Assembly (NCBI GenBank): GCA_001662655.1
Contig: KV460276.1
Length of the DNA: 64,000 nucleotides
Strand: one strand, 5' to 3'
Source of the DNA: Pseudogymnoascus verrucosus
Lineage: Eukaryota
Part shown: positions 33,140-46,948 of the stretch, one piece after another
Position numbering within the stretch: position 1 is the first letter of the stretch
How the letters are laid out: each line of letters starts with the position of its first letter
Program-made: the position numbers and the translations under genes
The notes under the pieces: model-generated
The model's database searches: none
What the model was told of the DNA's origin: nothing
The model's input: the letters and a program-made list of their open reading frames with translations, nothing else

Positions 33140-36100
33140 ATGACGAAACAAGATAAAGACCCAGATGGCCTCGAGCCTGTCGAACCTCGCCCTCGTGGAC
33201 CTCCACCTCAAACCAGGTCGCAACGCCCAAGTGGAGATCCAAGCCCGTCAGGCTCAACCAAAACAGCTCCCGTCACACCTGCAGCCCAGTCAGCTCACAA
33301 GCCGGAAATAACTAGTGGACTGGGAACAGCTGGTAAACAGGATAACCCAAACATCATCGCACAACAATCTCCCACGTCCACACAGCATCTTCACAGGGCT
33401 TTGCAACAACCTGCTCCCGATCAAGCAAAGCATGGCTCATCTTCTCAACAACCTCCGCCACCCCCGCCACCCCCAAACGTCATCTTCGACGACGAATTCA
33501 GGGAAGCACAGGATATCACGTATGAGAAACTATGTGAAATGGTAAAGGATTCGGATCTGGACTCATTCCTCGCGTTCAGAGACCAATTGTTGGCGGTGGA
33601 GGAAAGCCTTGGCCCTGGTTCCAACTATTTACCTCTAAAACAAAGCCTTTACAGGATAGAGCTCGCCATACGAGGGGCTAACATTCTCAAATCCAATCGA
33701 GAGACTGCTGCTGCTTCTCAAGTGTCTAGCACTGAACTCAACGTCCCTGAGGTGGGAACTTCGGCCACTGTTGAAGCCGAACCATCAAAGAAGAGAAGGA
33801 AAAGGAAGAAAAGGACGGGTCACGAGGTCGTGATCGCAGATTCAACAGACGGCGAGACCGCATCCGCTGATACAGCAAAGATCAATATTCACAATGACCC
33901 TTGGCCCTGGGAAGATAATGACGCGGATCTCGAGCAGACCAATCGAATTGAATCCTCCCTAGCCGAACTTCAAAGTGCTCCCGATTCAGCTGCACAGCTC
34001 GAGGAAGACTTAGAAACGGAGGAATTACTTCCCCCAGGTGATGCAGAAGCTCCAAAGAAGAAAGGCAAGAAGAGAAGAGGCAAGAAGAAAGCTCAAGGCG
34101 GCATCGATAAAGGGAAACAATTGGCAGAAGATAAAAGTCCCGCCGCAACTGCATCTTCTTATTCGCCCAACCTCCCAACTGCTGCCCAAGCCAGTGCTGA
34201 GCATACATGTGACCACAAGCAACACTCACGATGCAGCCATACCACCTGGAAGAACGACGATACAACCTTCAGCAAGGTCCTAGCAGAAACCATCCGTGAG
34301 CTGCTTTCGGACACGCCGCTGGATTCAAAGCTCAAACTCGAGCTACATGTGGATATGAACAAGGTCAAAAGGCGAGTGGACGAGATTGAAGCTGCAGATG
34401 GCGATGCCACCATATTGCGCACCAAAAAACCGCTGTCCACTGTCAGTAATAAGGCCCCTTTCTCGGCATTTGGAAAAGTGGCCACCCCAAAAGAGCAGCG
34501 AGCCGCGGCAATTCACCTATTATCATCGCCGAAATACTACAACGCATTCCTCGATTACATAGAACACCTCAATTACCTCGTTGCATGCGGAGATGAGAAG
34601 GCGGCGGCCATGGCAGATGAAGCCGACTTGGTTTACAATGTTGTCACAAAGGTCTACAAGGAAGTGAGCGACAATACGCGATCTAAAGTCGACGATACAC
34701 CTCTCGTCGAGAGCGCGACCCATGCCAGACGTCTTGCAGAGTCGGCCAAGAAAATGAAAGAACTACAGGAGCTTGAACAAGGGATACGCCAGCCTGATGA
34801 TCCTACTCCAGCCACTGAGAGTCCCCGTCCAGTATCCGCTCAAACGATCAAAGACAATACACCTTCATCAGCTGAACTGGAAACCAAGGCTATGTCTCTC
34901 ATTAAGCAGCCACCAGTGTTGCGTCGCTTTGTTGCCGATTATAATGCGATGAGAACGAACTCGGATGCCTACGGTTCGTTTTGGGACAGGAATCGCACCT
35001 TTTATATCAGAAGCTGGTGGATATGAAAGCTGTGCCGAAGCTCCAGAAGCAACCTTTCAGTCTAGTTGGTCGCAAAGCGCCATCGATGCACCCTGTGGCG
35101 AATTTTGAAAAGGAATCGTCGAGTAAAGGCAGTCGCAAAGCGCCATCGGTGCGCCCTGCGCCGAATCTTGAGAAGGAATTTCCCAGTAACGGTACCCCCA
35201 AAGAGCCATTGACCCCCAAACGTGCTGTCTACGCCCTGGCCAAATCTACTTCAGGCGAGGAAGCCTTCAGCATTATCTCTGAATATTTTGCATCGCACAC
35301 AGTTAACCCTGAGTCCCGGAAAACTGTGGCTTCGTATTACGTCTTTGACGACGCGAAAATGTCAGCTTATTTACTAAAAAAGGCGGAAATCGAAGAACGG
35401 TTCACCTCTAGTAACAATGCGGAGTTGGCAAGAGTGAAGGACGAGATAGAAAAACTCTGGAAATGCATTGTGGAGGAGCGAAAGGCCAGAGAGCTCAAAG
35501 ATTCTGAAGAGGTTGAAGGTGAATCCGGGCCTATAATCTGCAATCCCTCCAAAACAAAGGATTTTGTAGATAAAGTTATGAGGAAAATGGTCAAACAATT
35601 TGCCAGATCACCAACTGGCGTTCTGAGGTTCTTATGGCCGCTCAAGTTCATCGCAGAGCATCCTTCCATCCAAGAGAAGACGAGGGCAGCATCGGTATGT
35701 GTCTTGACTGATCTGACCCAGCTCTCTCGATATGAGCCATATCTTCGAAAGGCAAAGGACATGCCATGGAACCAACCGACATTGAGCAATCTTAGTGCTC
35801 AGCAGCATGTACAACTCTTCATGAATGCTGTGAGTTCCATGAAAACAGCGCTTGAGAGCGCACCACCCTGTGTTTTACGATGCAATGCCAACAGTAACCC
35901 ATCCATCCTTCCACTCACCAAAAGGGTGGGTCTTCCAATAAAGGCGCAAATATTGTATAACATTCGGGACTACGAGAGCGCCTATACCGCTACATTGGAT
36001 GATGAAGGCAGGGCATCTGTCAATATGGATTTCCGCCTTCCAGCTATTGATTGTCCAAATTATTTCCGAGAGACAGCCAAGGAACTCTATGAAGATGCTG

Positions 36101-39100
36101 TAGGCTATGCTGCGTTCATAGAGCAGAAAAACAAGTTGGCAAATCTGCCAGCATGCTTCGGGGATTCTGAAGTTCGCCAGTCTCTTGTTGCCAGCGCGCT
36201 TCTGCTTCACTCTGCTCTCGCTGAGTTGGATGACTCTTATCCGCATGAACGCCTCCGGATCATGGAAGTTGTGGCCGCCTCTAGATCATATGCAATACTA
36301 CCCCCGGCGATGGGGTCTGTTGCCATATGTAGAGATGCGGTTACCAGTTACCTTTCGGCCGTACTGAAAGTTGAGACCAACTTTGTGCGTGAGGATATCC
36401 ATTATCAAGCTGCGGCTGACAAATCGGGTGATGAGAGTGCAGGCTCCAAGGGAGTCGGAGTTCACTCAAAGGAGCATGTGCCATATGTTCTAGGCCATTG
36501 GGTGCCAGATGCAATGGCGGGGGAACAGATCCCAGGTAAACCATCTGTCGCCGAAGAGCTAGTGCAGCCCTTACAGACCACCTCTATTCGAATTCTAGAG
36601 GCGACCGGCGACCCTCCTGAAGAATTGGCCCCTTCTCAAAAGAAGCTCAAAAAAGAACTCATTGCAGCAAATTATAGAAAGCAACAAACGGTTCCTCTCA
36701 CACAGCATGAGGTCCAGGCCAGAGCAAGGCGCATAGTCTCAGATTCCAGTATGCTCTCTTCATTCAACAAGTCGAAGGAAGCCATGGAATATGATACTGG
36801 CTTCGAGGACAACGCAGATGAGAAGTTTTTCAAGAATGAGATAAAAAGAATCTATGCAGAGATAAAGAAGGTCATGGATGCAGAGATTGGGCTACAAGAG
36901 CCAGCCAGTCCAGTATCGTCTTTCATGCCGCCACATACAGCTCAACCTTCCGCCCCGAAAGAAGTTGATGATGCCACACACCTGCCAAATTCTTCTGTTA
37001 CCCTGATTCCATCCAAAAGTTTCATTAAATCGCCAGTAGACTGCGTCAGCGTGCATCACCTCGATTTCCAAACCAATCTGGACAAAATAACCACAGCAGC
37101 TCTTACGCTTGTTCCGACTCCAATAATCCCCCATAACCAAGTTGTCGTCTATTCACCTCTAGGCCTGCCAGCGCATTTTGATACTTCTCTCCGGCCCAAT
37201 GCTGCTCCGCTGCCATCTGACCCCGAACTGGCGAAAGAATGTATCATTTTCGAGACAGCAAGAGAGCAGCGAAAGTCCCTAGCTGCATATTTTGCAAAAT
37301 CCTTTCACGGTTATGCATATTTCCTCGAGTTCAAAACCGAAGCGGAAGAGGCCGTCGTGGCGACTGTTCTAACCAACGAGGAAGGTTCCAGGGCAAGACA
37401 GATACTCAGCGTACTGGACAATGTGGATTCAATGGTACAAATGCTAAGAGTCGGCGCAAGAAGAGATGCAGGCAAAGATAACGAACATATTCGAGCGGCT
37501 GCAGCGGATTTAGTTTCAGTCCTGGACGATCGCCCGAGGCTTATGATTACGATGGAGGCAATCGAACAACTGTTTGACAACGAATCTAGGCACAGGAATC
37601 CAACTTTCAGCTCTTTGATGGGTCTAAAGCTTTCCAAGAGATTTGACGAAATGGTTACTGCAGTATGCTATGGTCTGTTTGTCCCCGAAGCAATTGAAGA
37701 CGGGAAAATGAGCAGTCAAGAGCAAGAGCCAACAGCGAAGCACGTTCCAAAAATACCACCACCAGGGTCTATCATTGACAACAAGGTCCGTCCTTTCATT
37801 GGCCAAGGGAGTAAAAGGATGCCGAAGTTCACAGATCCGGCCGATGTCCTCGTATTCGCAACGGATATGTATCCAGGACTGTCTGATCTACTCTCGGGCG
37901 CCACCCCACTATCCAGCTGCGGCAAGAGTGACACTACAAAGTTGTCCGAGATGGAAATCGAAAAGGTCCTTGGGGGACTAGATTCAATGCCGGTTCCGCC
38001 TCAGGCTGTCGCCGATCTTTACAAGTCTAGGCCGCCAGTGCCATTGTCCAAGGTCCCACGTTTCACTGACGCCGACGAGGCCGTGGCATATATGCAATCA
38101 CATATGGAAGGTGCCACAGCTCCCATATCAGTATCGGTGGCTCCTAATCTTTCTCATTCTGATATACAAGACAGTAAAGAGGCGGGTTCATCACTTGCCA
38201 TTGAGAAATATGGAGTCTCTATACCCGATGAATATACGGTTGTCCCTGATTCCACGCCAGAAGGTCGGGCATTGGGCAAGGCAATGGAAGACATACAGCT
38301 TTCAGCCTGCAAAGGAGATGTTCCGACTGACTATCAAATGGCTGCCCTTGGAAAGGCACGACGAGAGTTATATAACAGTCGACTTGCAAAGGCTCCAGCT
38401 TCAACAGGCAATCCCAACACAGCAAAGCGTCATCATCCAACCAGTCTATCAGTTTCGGCTCGGGCTGAAAATCGTGCCGCAGCCAATTTGTTGGCGAGAT
38501 CCGAGGCAATGACGCTCGTGGGTACCAGATACTTTCCCAATGCCCAATATGCCGCTCCGTCTCTGAAACCACAGCAAATATCGTTCTCGCCGGCAGGCTT
38601 TGCGCTCCCGCGGCCCGCCCCCTTTAAGAGTCCATCAGCACCAAGCAATAATAAGCCAGATGCATTACTAGTGTCCCTCCGAACACCCATTACTGAGAAG
38701 CCTCTCATTGCCGCGCCCATTACAGTGGAAGGGGTCCACCACGAAATTAGCAAACTCTACGCCAGTATCAACAAAAGCAGCGACTTCCATGAATGCCGTA
38801 CCTCATTGCGCATCCCAGATCCCACCAGCGTGGAATTCCAACCCTTACTCGACCTGAACATGATTTTTGCCACCTACAAGGCCATCCAAGTGATTGAGGA
38901 CCGGCGGATTGATGTCCTCTTGGAAAGCGCTGAGGAGTATCAGAGTAGCATCGAACATACCATAAAAGTTACGAGACTTTGGAACGAAGGGCTCGATGCA
39001 GCCTTGGACACTGCTAAAGAGTACAGACTATTCAACAAGAGAGCAATTGCCGCAATGAATGGGGAGTATGATGAGATGTGTCAGAGCCCCAAACGCAGGA

Positions 39101-39237
39101 GCCGGAAGTCGGAGAAACGAAGGAAGGGGATGGGGAAAAAGCTGGGTGCCCATCGCAAGAGCATTATCGAGGATTTCGAGGCTCCAGAGGAATTTCATGG
39201 TGATGGCCCGAAACTGGGATCTTTCCGCGTTCGGTAG
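33140..39237 (+). CDS. Very large uncharacterised protein (~2,030 codons) interrupted by a single frameshift near 35006
   Basis: ORFs 32969..35026 (first ATG 33140) and 34981..39237 overlap; deleting AT at 35006-35007 fuses them (RNRTFY-QKLVDMK). Lys/Arg-rich NLS-like tracts; no domain recognised. Confidence 0.6.
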
Positions 39238-39461
39238 ATAACCCAGGAAAGATGTCGGAGTCTCTAACTTGACTGTACGTATATTGGAGACAGATTTGTA
39301 GAAATAAATGTTCATCCCATACTTTCCAGCAGAATGCTTGACAAATCCCAAGTCGGCTAATGAACATGAACGTATTTTTTGTCATCCAAAAGGCTACTCG
39401 TGAAGACATTCATCAAATTCGCTATTCGCTTAAAATACACTCATCTATGATATAAATAACA

Positions 39462-40700
39462 TTACAGAGCCTCCATATAACTCCCAGCCGCCCAGGCCAT
39501 TCCAAGGCCTCCCAATACCCACGCACCAACGAATTTTTTACCCCACCAGCCCTCGTCTTCCGAGACTTTCGCCGCACGTATCCTCACCTGGCCGGGTTTT
39601 TGGACCGTCTTCGCCTCCGGTGCTGCCGTTGGCTCCTCAGTAGCCTTCTCGTGTCGGCTTGTTTCCGCCTCTCGGCTTAATTTGTCCGCCGCTTCTTGGG
39701 CATCAGCCAACTCTCTAATCTTCTTGCCCAGTGACAACAAATCTTCCTTCCACTCCGCTTCCTCCGTGCTATTAGGCCTTCGCCCCAAGTTCTCTTCTGG
39801 CTCGCCAACCTCTACACCTTGGACGTTTCCGAAGAAGTCCATAATCAAGCGTTTTCGGCCCTCTTCCTCGTCTCCAGGGAACAGATCCCAGCGGAAGCCA
39901 GGTTGTGAATGAATTTTGCTCTCGTCGTACGAGTCAAACAGGTCGCCGAGCGTCTTTTTAGATGATGTTTCGCGGACTTGCGTCTCCAAGAAGTCGAGGT
40001 TGTAGTATGTGTACCTGTCTATGACGGCAACTCCGACGTCGTTATCGGCGTGGTGGGAGTAACTGGACTGGCCGATCTCCGAGGAGCCAGTCGCGATGAT
40101 ATTGGGAGAGTAGAACTTCGAATACATGGTGTTCGCCTGACAGGTATCGATCATGAAGAGGATTTCGTGGTAGCGCCTCTTCTCCCACATCTGCTCAAAG
40201 GCGTCTGCGAGGTCGAATGCGCTGATCTCTTCGGCATCCTGAAACTTGAGGAACTCGTCACCCCCGTGGCCGGTCATGTATATGAGGATATTGGAGTTCT
40301 CGTCTGTGAGCAGGCGCTTGCTGCGCGGCATCTCTTCGCCCACGCGATCGGTGAGCAGGCGGATGAAGTTTTCGACCGTCACTTCGTAGCCACGGTAGTC
40401 CACCTCGATGTTGGTGCCGTAGAGGTCGACAGCGCGGTCGGAATTGGAGTATACGGTCCCCGGGAACGCGTTGCGTGGGTTGCAGGCCATGTCATCGGGA
40501 AGCATGAGAATGATCTGGGAGTCTGGGATGCCCAGGCGCTTCACTGTGCGGTAGAGGGAGAGGACATTGGCGAGATGGCGGTAGTTGAACCAGAAGCGCG
40601 AGGTTCCCACGAGGACGGCCCAGTTGGAGGTGTGTTCTGCGGAGACGGCGGGGAGGAGGGAGATGGCGACGGGGAGCAGTAGGGATAGTGAGAGCTTCAT
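39462..40700 (-). CDS. GPI8: GPI-anchor transamidase catalytic subunit (peptidase C13)
   Basis: HTSNWAVLV.TSRFWFNYRH, YMTGHGG, IDTCQANT; signal peptide and C-terminal hydrophobic segment. Confidence 0.96.
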   Translation of the reverse strand: MKLSLSLLLPVAISLLPAVSAEHTSNWAVLVGTSRFWFNYRHLANVLSLYRTVKRLGIPDSQIILMLPDDMACNPRNAFPGTVYSNSDRAVDLYGTNIEVDYRGYEVTVENFIRLLTDRVGEEMPRSKRLLTDENSNILIYMTGHGGDEFLKFQDAEEISAFDLADAFEQMWEKRRYHEILFMIDTCQANTMYSKFYSPNIIATGSSEIGQSSYSHHADNDVGVAVIDRYTYYNLDFLETQVRETSSKKTLGDLFDSYDESKIHSQPGFRWDLFPGDEEEGRKRLIMDFFGNVQGVEVGEPEENLGRRPNSTEEAEWKEDLLSLGKKIRELADAQEAADKLSREAETSRHEKATEEPTAAPEAKTVQKPGQVRIRAAKVSEDEGWWGKKFVGAWVLGGLGMAWAAGSYMEAL

Positions 40701-41748
40701 GGCGAGGAGTTGAGGGGGCGTATGAATTGGAGAGTCGTGGGGGGGGAGGAGTTGGAGTGTCGAGGTGGTTCGAGGGAGGGGAGACCTATCAGGCCACGGG
40801 CGTTTCCATGGACAGGGCGGCTATGTTCGTGTTATAGCGGTGGGATTATATGATTGTTGAAGCGGCTGTAGATGTGTATAATTTCGTAAATGCGCCGTGT
40901 TACTGTACAATCTGGACTGATATATCGGGGATATTTACTCTATTTACTGTATCCTTATGGCTCGGAGGGTCGCGCGGTTTGACAGGCTTACATAATCACG
41001 AGTGTACCTGCACTCACCTGCACTCACCTGCACTGTACGGTGGAGCAAGTACCACCAGAAGTACCAGATTACGTAATTTACTACATACGGCGGGGTGGAT
41101 CGACCAGAGCGCAGCACAGTACGTACACGATGCAAGACTAACTGTAAGAGGCTAAAGTACCTTGAGGTCCCCAAGTGTGCATAATCTGATGTACGAACAC
41201 TGGGAATCACTGGAAAATCAATAAAAGGCATTACAAACATTAAAAAATCGTTAGAAACATTGAAAAAAAAGGTTCCTGAAAATATTCAAATAAATATACA
41301 AAATATTCCGTCAATTTTAGCAATTTTTTAGGGTCCTGCACGGTGCCGTATAAAGGGTCATCTCTGTTAGATGCTGGAAATGCGAATTCCCATAGAAACA
41401 CAGGGCGGATATAGAGATAAACATGATATAAAATATACATCCTCCTCCTCCTCTCGCCTCTACGTATTCTCTCTCTTATTTCTTCCTCGTTCGTTGCCTC
41501 ATTATTTTCTGACGGTGATTCTACTGGTAATCACATAATCACATGAAAGCCGCCTCTCTCTCCGTTCTCCGCTCTCCGCTCCTACGTAGTTGCTGGGCCC
41601 CGTCGATAGTGCTGGCCGTGTCCTGTCATGCCCCCGCTTAATTCTCCAACTCGACGACTTATTTATTGCGCCCCCAGAAACCACGATACCCTCCTTCGCC
41701 CAAACCTTCCCTCGCTCGATGTGAGATATCCGACGACGGCATAGAGCT

Positions 41749-43882
41749 ATGGCTGGCCCACCTGCTGTGCTCATTGTTGTGAGGTTAGTGCTCTGCTCGT
41801 CATTCCCTCCCTTGACCTCTCTGCTTTTGACGCGGCGGCGGCCTGGGCGCGGGGTCGCCGCCACGGCTGTGAGCAATGTGAGCGATTAATACCTACGAAC
41901 CCGGAAAGCTGACTGTTTCTGTCTATCACAGGCACGGAGCTCGTTTGGATGCTGCAGACAAGCAGTGGCATCTCAATTCTCCGACACCCTACGACCCGCC
42001 ACTCACCTACGGAGGATGGACACAGTCAAGAGCTCTGGGCGCGAGGATAGGCAATCTTCTCAACGCCAGAGAGGCTGGCCTGCAAACGACGACGACGGAC
42101 GAAAATAAGGATAGCAGGCCAGAGGCAGCCAAGCCGAAGAAAAAACAGCGCGTCGTAATACACACCTCGCCTTTCCTTCGATGTGTGCAGACCTCCGTGG
42201 CCATCGCATCCGGCATCGCCCAGAACCCAGCGCGCAACCAGCCACGGCAGCCAACCGCGACACAGCTTTCAGATGCTCCAGTATTCCAGTCGACCTCGGT
42301 TTTCCAGTCATCTCCAAGAATCAGACCCAAAATCAAGACTGATTCTCCGAGGCTGGAGCCTATATTTGAACCAGTGCCACCCGTTGCCACCAAGGACGCC
42401 CCAACAATCAGCAAGGCTACACTGCGCGTCGACGCATTTCTCGGGGAGTGGTTGTCTCCCGATTACTTTGAGCAAATCACCCCTCCTCCAAGCTCGGTGT
42501 TGATGGTTGCGGGCGCGAAGGCAGATCTCCTGCGCCGAGAGGATTATTCAAGCATCACTCCCAGAGAGGCGACGGCCACTAGCGGGTTTCCAGGCGGATG
42601 GGGAAGCCCGATCATTGCCCCTGATAGCGACAAGGAAGATGCCATGATATCTCCCAGACAACCTGCCCCTCGAGACCGTACCAACAGTGTGAGCAGCGTC
42701 AATTCCACTACGAGCCGGATCAGTGGAAGGCCAAACGCCAAGTTGTCAAGCCCGCAGAATGGAGAGAATGCTGCATATGTCCCTCCGATTCCCCACTACG
42801 CCGTGTCTGGGTCAGATCCTATTCCATCTGGCTACGTCGCACATGGCAAGGATGCTTGTGTTGACATCGACTTCCAATGGGACAGTATGAGGGAGCCGCA
42901 GAACTGGGGAAACGGAGGTGAATACGGCGAAGAATGGAGCTCTATGCACAAGCGCTTCCGCAGAGGCCTCGCCCTGCTTGTCGATTGGTACCGCCAGAAT
43001 GACGAACCCAAAAGACGAACGTCAAGGCCCTCGACCAGCCAAGGTCCCACTGATAGCCCAACTGAAACCACAGCCGATCAAGACACGGAACTCGTCATTA
43101 TACTGGTCACCCACGGCGCAGGCTGCAATGCTCTCATCGGCGCCATGACCAATCAACCAGCCCTCCTCGATGTCGGAATGGCATCCCTAACTATGGCCGT
43201 ATTGAAGCCCACACCTCAGAACACACCGGCCTCGACGCCTGGCGTTACACCTGCGCACTCTCGTACGTCGTCTAGAACTACAACCCTCTACGACGAATAC
43301 GACATCAAACTTATTAATTCAACTGAACATATTCGCCGGACGTCCAATGCGTCGGCGTCGAGCTCGCGCACACCATCTGTGAGCGCACTACCCTTCCGTC
43401 CACCCAACCGATACAACGCAAATGGTTCTCTTGCAAATCCTTTCGTGGAGCCGATCAACCTCGGCGAACCTGTTCGCGCGATACCACAGTCCGGGAACTT
43501 TGGGAGCATCAGGCGGGCAGCGAGTGTGGCGTCGAGCTCACTTCACAAGAGTTATACGCCGGTTGTGAGAGGAAGCATTGGGCTTTGGTCCGCACCCACC
43601 AGGGCTGATGAAGAGGCTGTCGAGGAAGGAGGTGAAGGCGATGATATGGTACTTAATTTCGGAGACATGGCTATATCGCCTTCCTCCTACCCGGTGCAGT
43701 TCACAGAGCCGAAGCCGGTGAGGAGACTGTCCAGCAACCACGGCGAGTCACGAGATGAGGTGGCCCCATTGAGCGGCGGACTCTGGGGAGCACCACGGGC
43801 GCCAGCAGATGCAGGCGTCGTCCCGGAGAGAGACCATAGCGCAAAGAGACGCTGGACGATCAACGAGAAGAGCACATTATAG
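41749..43882 (+). CDS. Histidine phosphatase (phosphoglycerate mutase-like) family protein, 2 exons
   Basis: Short exon 1 MAGPPAVLIVVR spliced to HGARLDAADKQW restores the RHG motif; DPPLT, TSPFLRCVQT, LGEW, LVTHGAGCNAL. Confidence 0.85.
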
Positions 43883-44319
43883 CGAACGTGAGAACAGAAA
43901 ACATGGGCAGGGCAGTGTTTATGGCTTTAGCAGGGCGATTATGGCGTACATGGTAATGGGAACTCAACTCTGGGAGACATGGGAAACCTAAATAGCATTT
44001 CTGGGCGATTGTGAAGGTGGAATGTGGGACTTGGTAATTAGCAACGCCGACGCGGCTCAAGCCATAGCGCGGGTAAATACCAATATTTGTGTCTCAAGTC
44101 CCGTTTGAATCATTTTAGTGTTTATATTTGATTCAGCTCTTCTACTCTATATGTGATATATGGCAGGCCGTAAATAGCAGACTTCATCCCTGGAGCCATA
44201 AACCCCGCATTACTTTTTTACACCTCCCTTTCGTCCATCAATCATAACCAGTCGACGCCTTCCAATACACCACTCTCCGTCCCAATCTCTTCGGCAAGTC
44301 ACTTTTCTTCATCAAACTC

Positions 44320-45902
44320 TCAAATTCCCATCCCCTCATCCCTGCCCTTAACACCATTCGTCAACCCCAACTTCTCCCTCACCCTATCCTCCACCTCCAC
44401 AACGCCAACTGGTCCCTCTCGCCCAATTCCAAAGAACACAAACAAGGCCCACTTCCAGCGGAACGGGTTAATAGCAACACAGAACACAAACCACCACACC
44501 AGCTCAAGATACGTGAAGAAGTCAAACGCTCCCGTCGGGCTGAAATGCTTCAGCAGCCTCGTCATATCGATCCAGCACTTTGTCCACCACGGGCGCGGTC
44601 GCGTCATCGGATCCAGGAGGAACATCAACAGGATGCGGGTGTAGATTCCGATGTGCCAGTTGCCCACGGAGCCGATGGCGTTGATGTACGTGCAGTTCGT
44701 GGCGCAGACGCTCGGGTGCTGGGGCGGGAAGGTCTGGAGGTACCAGTTGGGGGGTCCGTAGGGGGCCTCGAAGGTTTCGCTCGGAAGGAAGGAGAGAGAG
44801 GGGCGGTCGAAGCCGGTTGCGAGGATGACGATGTCGGCGTCGACGTTGACAGTCTTTCCTGGGCCACGCTTTGGAACGCCCTTAGCGCGCTGGTTGAATT
44901 TCAGGCCGTTCTCGGTGAAGGAGAGGATGTCGCCGCGGAGCCACTCGGCGTCGCCGGAGCGGATCAGGTCAAAGATGTCGGAGTTGACCATGGGTGTTCC
45001 TTCGAAGATGCCCTTGTCGGTTGGGGCCAGGTCTGAGAGGTCACGGTAGAAGAATTTGCGGAGCAGGAATTCGGGGATGAAGCTGAGGAAGGTCTCCTGG
45101 CCGAAGATGTTGAAGGAGAGGAGGACATTGACGATTGGGTTACGGGGAATGATCCATTTGTCGCTGCGAGCGAGAATTGTGGTGTGCTCTGCGTGGGAGT
45201 TTGTGGCGAACTCGAGAGCTTCAACAGCAGAGGCGCCTCCGCCAATGATAACAACTTTCTTGCCCTTGGCTTCCTTGCCGGTCAATTGGCTGCTGTGGTA
45301 GACTTCGCCCTTGAAGGCTTGCTGGTTGTTGATGCGCGGGGTGCTGGGGTCTCCACAAGTGCCCACAGCGGCGATGATACCATCAAATTTGCCGTTAGAT
45401 TCGCTGTTGACGATCCAGCGTCCCTCTGAGTCCTGGGTCACCTTGTCGACTGAAGTGTTGAAGGTGGTACGTGAGTCAAGGCCATAGCGTTTCCAGAGCT
45501 CAGTTACTTGCTCGACAATTTGTTCTTTGTTTGGGTATCCGCGAGCCCATTGAACAGACGGGTGGAAGCGGTACATCATCGAATGGATCTGGAGGCCAGA
45601 GGTATTGTTCACTCTCTAAAATCCTGTCAGCTCAATGTCTCAATTTGTCAAAAAGTATCACTCACACTCCAAATTCCTCCAAGTCCGTCTCGTCCCTCCT
45701 TCTCAAAAAGCTGGACGTCGAACCCATGACCGATACAGTGAGCCGCGCTGGACACTCCGGTGATACCTGCGCCAATAATGGCGATACGTGGGCGGCTCAG
45801 TTTAGAATTCGGCGGCGGGGGAGTTGGGGACAGAAGCTTATCAGCTATCCATTGAAATAACTGGTATAGAAATAGAAACGGGTGAAGCAGAAGGTTATCC
45901 AT
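44320..45902 (-). CDS. Flavin-containing monooxygenase-like protein, 2 exons
   Basis: IAIIGAGITG (FAD), GGIW, FKGEVYHSSQL, IIGGGASAVE (NADPH), ATGF. Confidence 0.9.
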
Positions 45903-46948
45903 TTTGCTAGATATATTCTCCTACCCTTACAGGAAACGGAGACGATGATAATATGTTATAGACAACAGAAGAAAGAAAGGAAAGGAAAAAAACTCGGCGG
46001 AATTGAAATGGCTATATAAGTAACTCACCGAGCTCCACTTGCAAGGTTCAATGGAGGATTTCCATGTGCCTGGAAAGTTATAGCCAGTCGTTTTTCGCCG
46101 TGGGAAGGGGAATGGCGGGAGGACCGGCGAGAAAGCGATGACGTAGTTCCTCGAGAAAGCTGCCAAGTCTTGATTTCGCATGTGAAGTGTCTAGACCCAG
46201 TCAACAACCAAACCAGCATTGAGCCTCATAGAATAGAGATAGAAATAATAGTAACAGTAATAGAAGACTAATTCTAGCTCTTTAGATCTCCAGTTAGGCA
46301 AACGACCGCAAGGTTTTGGGTGAAATGAGAATAATTTTCTGATATTTTAGGTTAAATTTAGAAACTGTTTAGGAGTTATCACCAATTTATATTAACGAAA
46401 GCCCTCAAGTTCAACGGCCCCATATTTATAAACTGCACATACGGCAAAGTCTTGATATAAGAATACCATCGGGCTAGATATCGACCCTTCTGTCGAAGAA
46501 TCTCTGTGCAAAGTCCCCTTAACACTGCATAGATGGACATCATGTCACGCTTCTACTAACACATAATATTTGTTGCCAAAGCTAAGGAATATAAATCTTA
46601 ACCGTATAACTCAATTGACCGACCGACTCCAATCCCAAGCACCTTGCGGCATCCCCATGCCTCTCCATACAGTTACACGCGGAAGCAAAGCCATTGCTCC
46701 AAGCAAATGCATAGTCAGCTATTCCCATTCTCGATGTATTCTTTCCACCTCTGATCATGGCGATTTTTTCCCATAGTCGTACTCTTCCCACCTCTGATCA
46801 GAGCTTCTCCCAGCTGCCCGTCAACTCAGCTCCAAGACATAAAAGCATTCCAAGCAGCCATCATTGCTTTCGTTTGCCTGGCAGCCATTCCTATCCCCAA
46901 AGCATTCTTTTCACCCCCATCCTACTGCTGACTGCCGCCAACGTAATC

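Noticed and set aside
34974..35010. GT..AG intron explaining the frameshift in the giant ORF
   Set aside because: Only 37 nt, no branch-point motif, and it does not restore the downstream frame.
41004..41035. ACCTGCACTC x3 and other short tandem repeats (48836-48919, 49250-49290)
   Set aside because: Ordinary slippage repeats with no associated structure.
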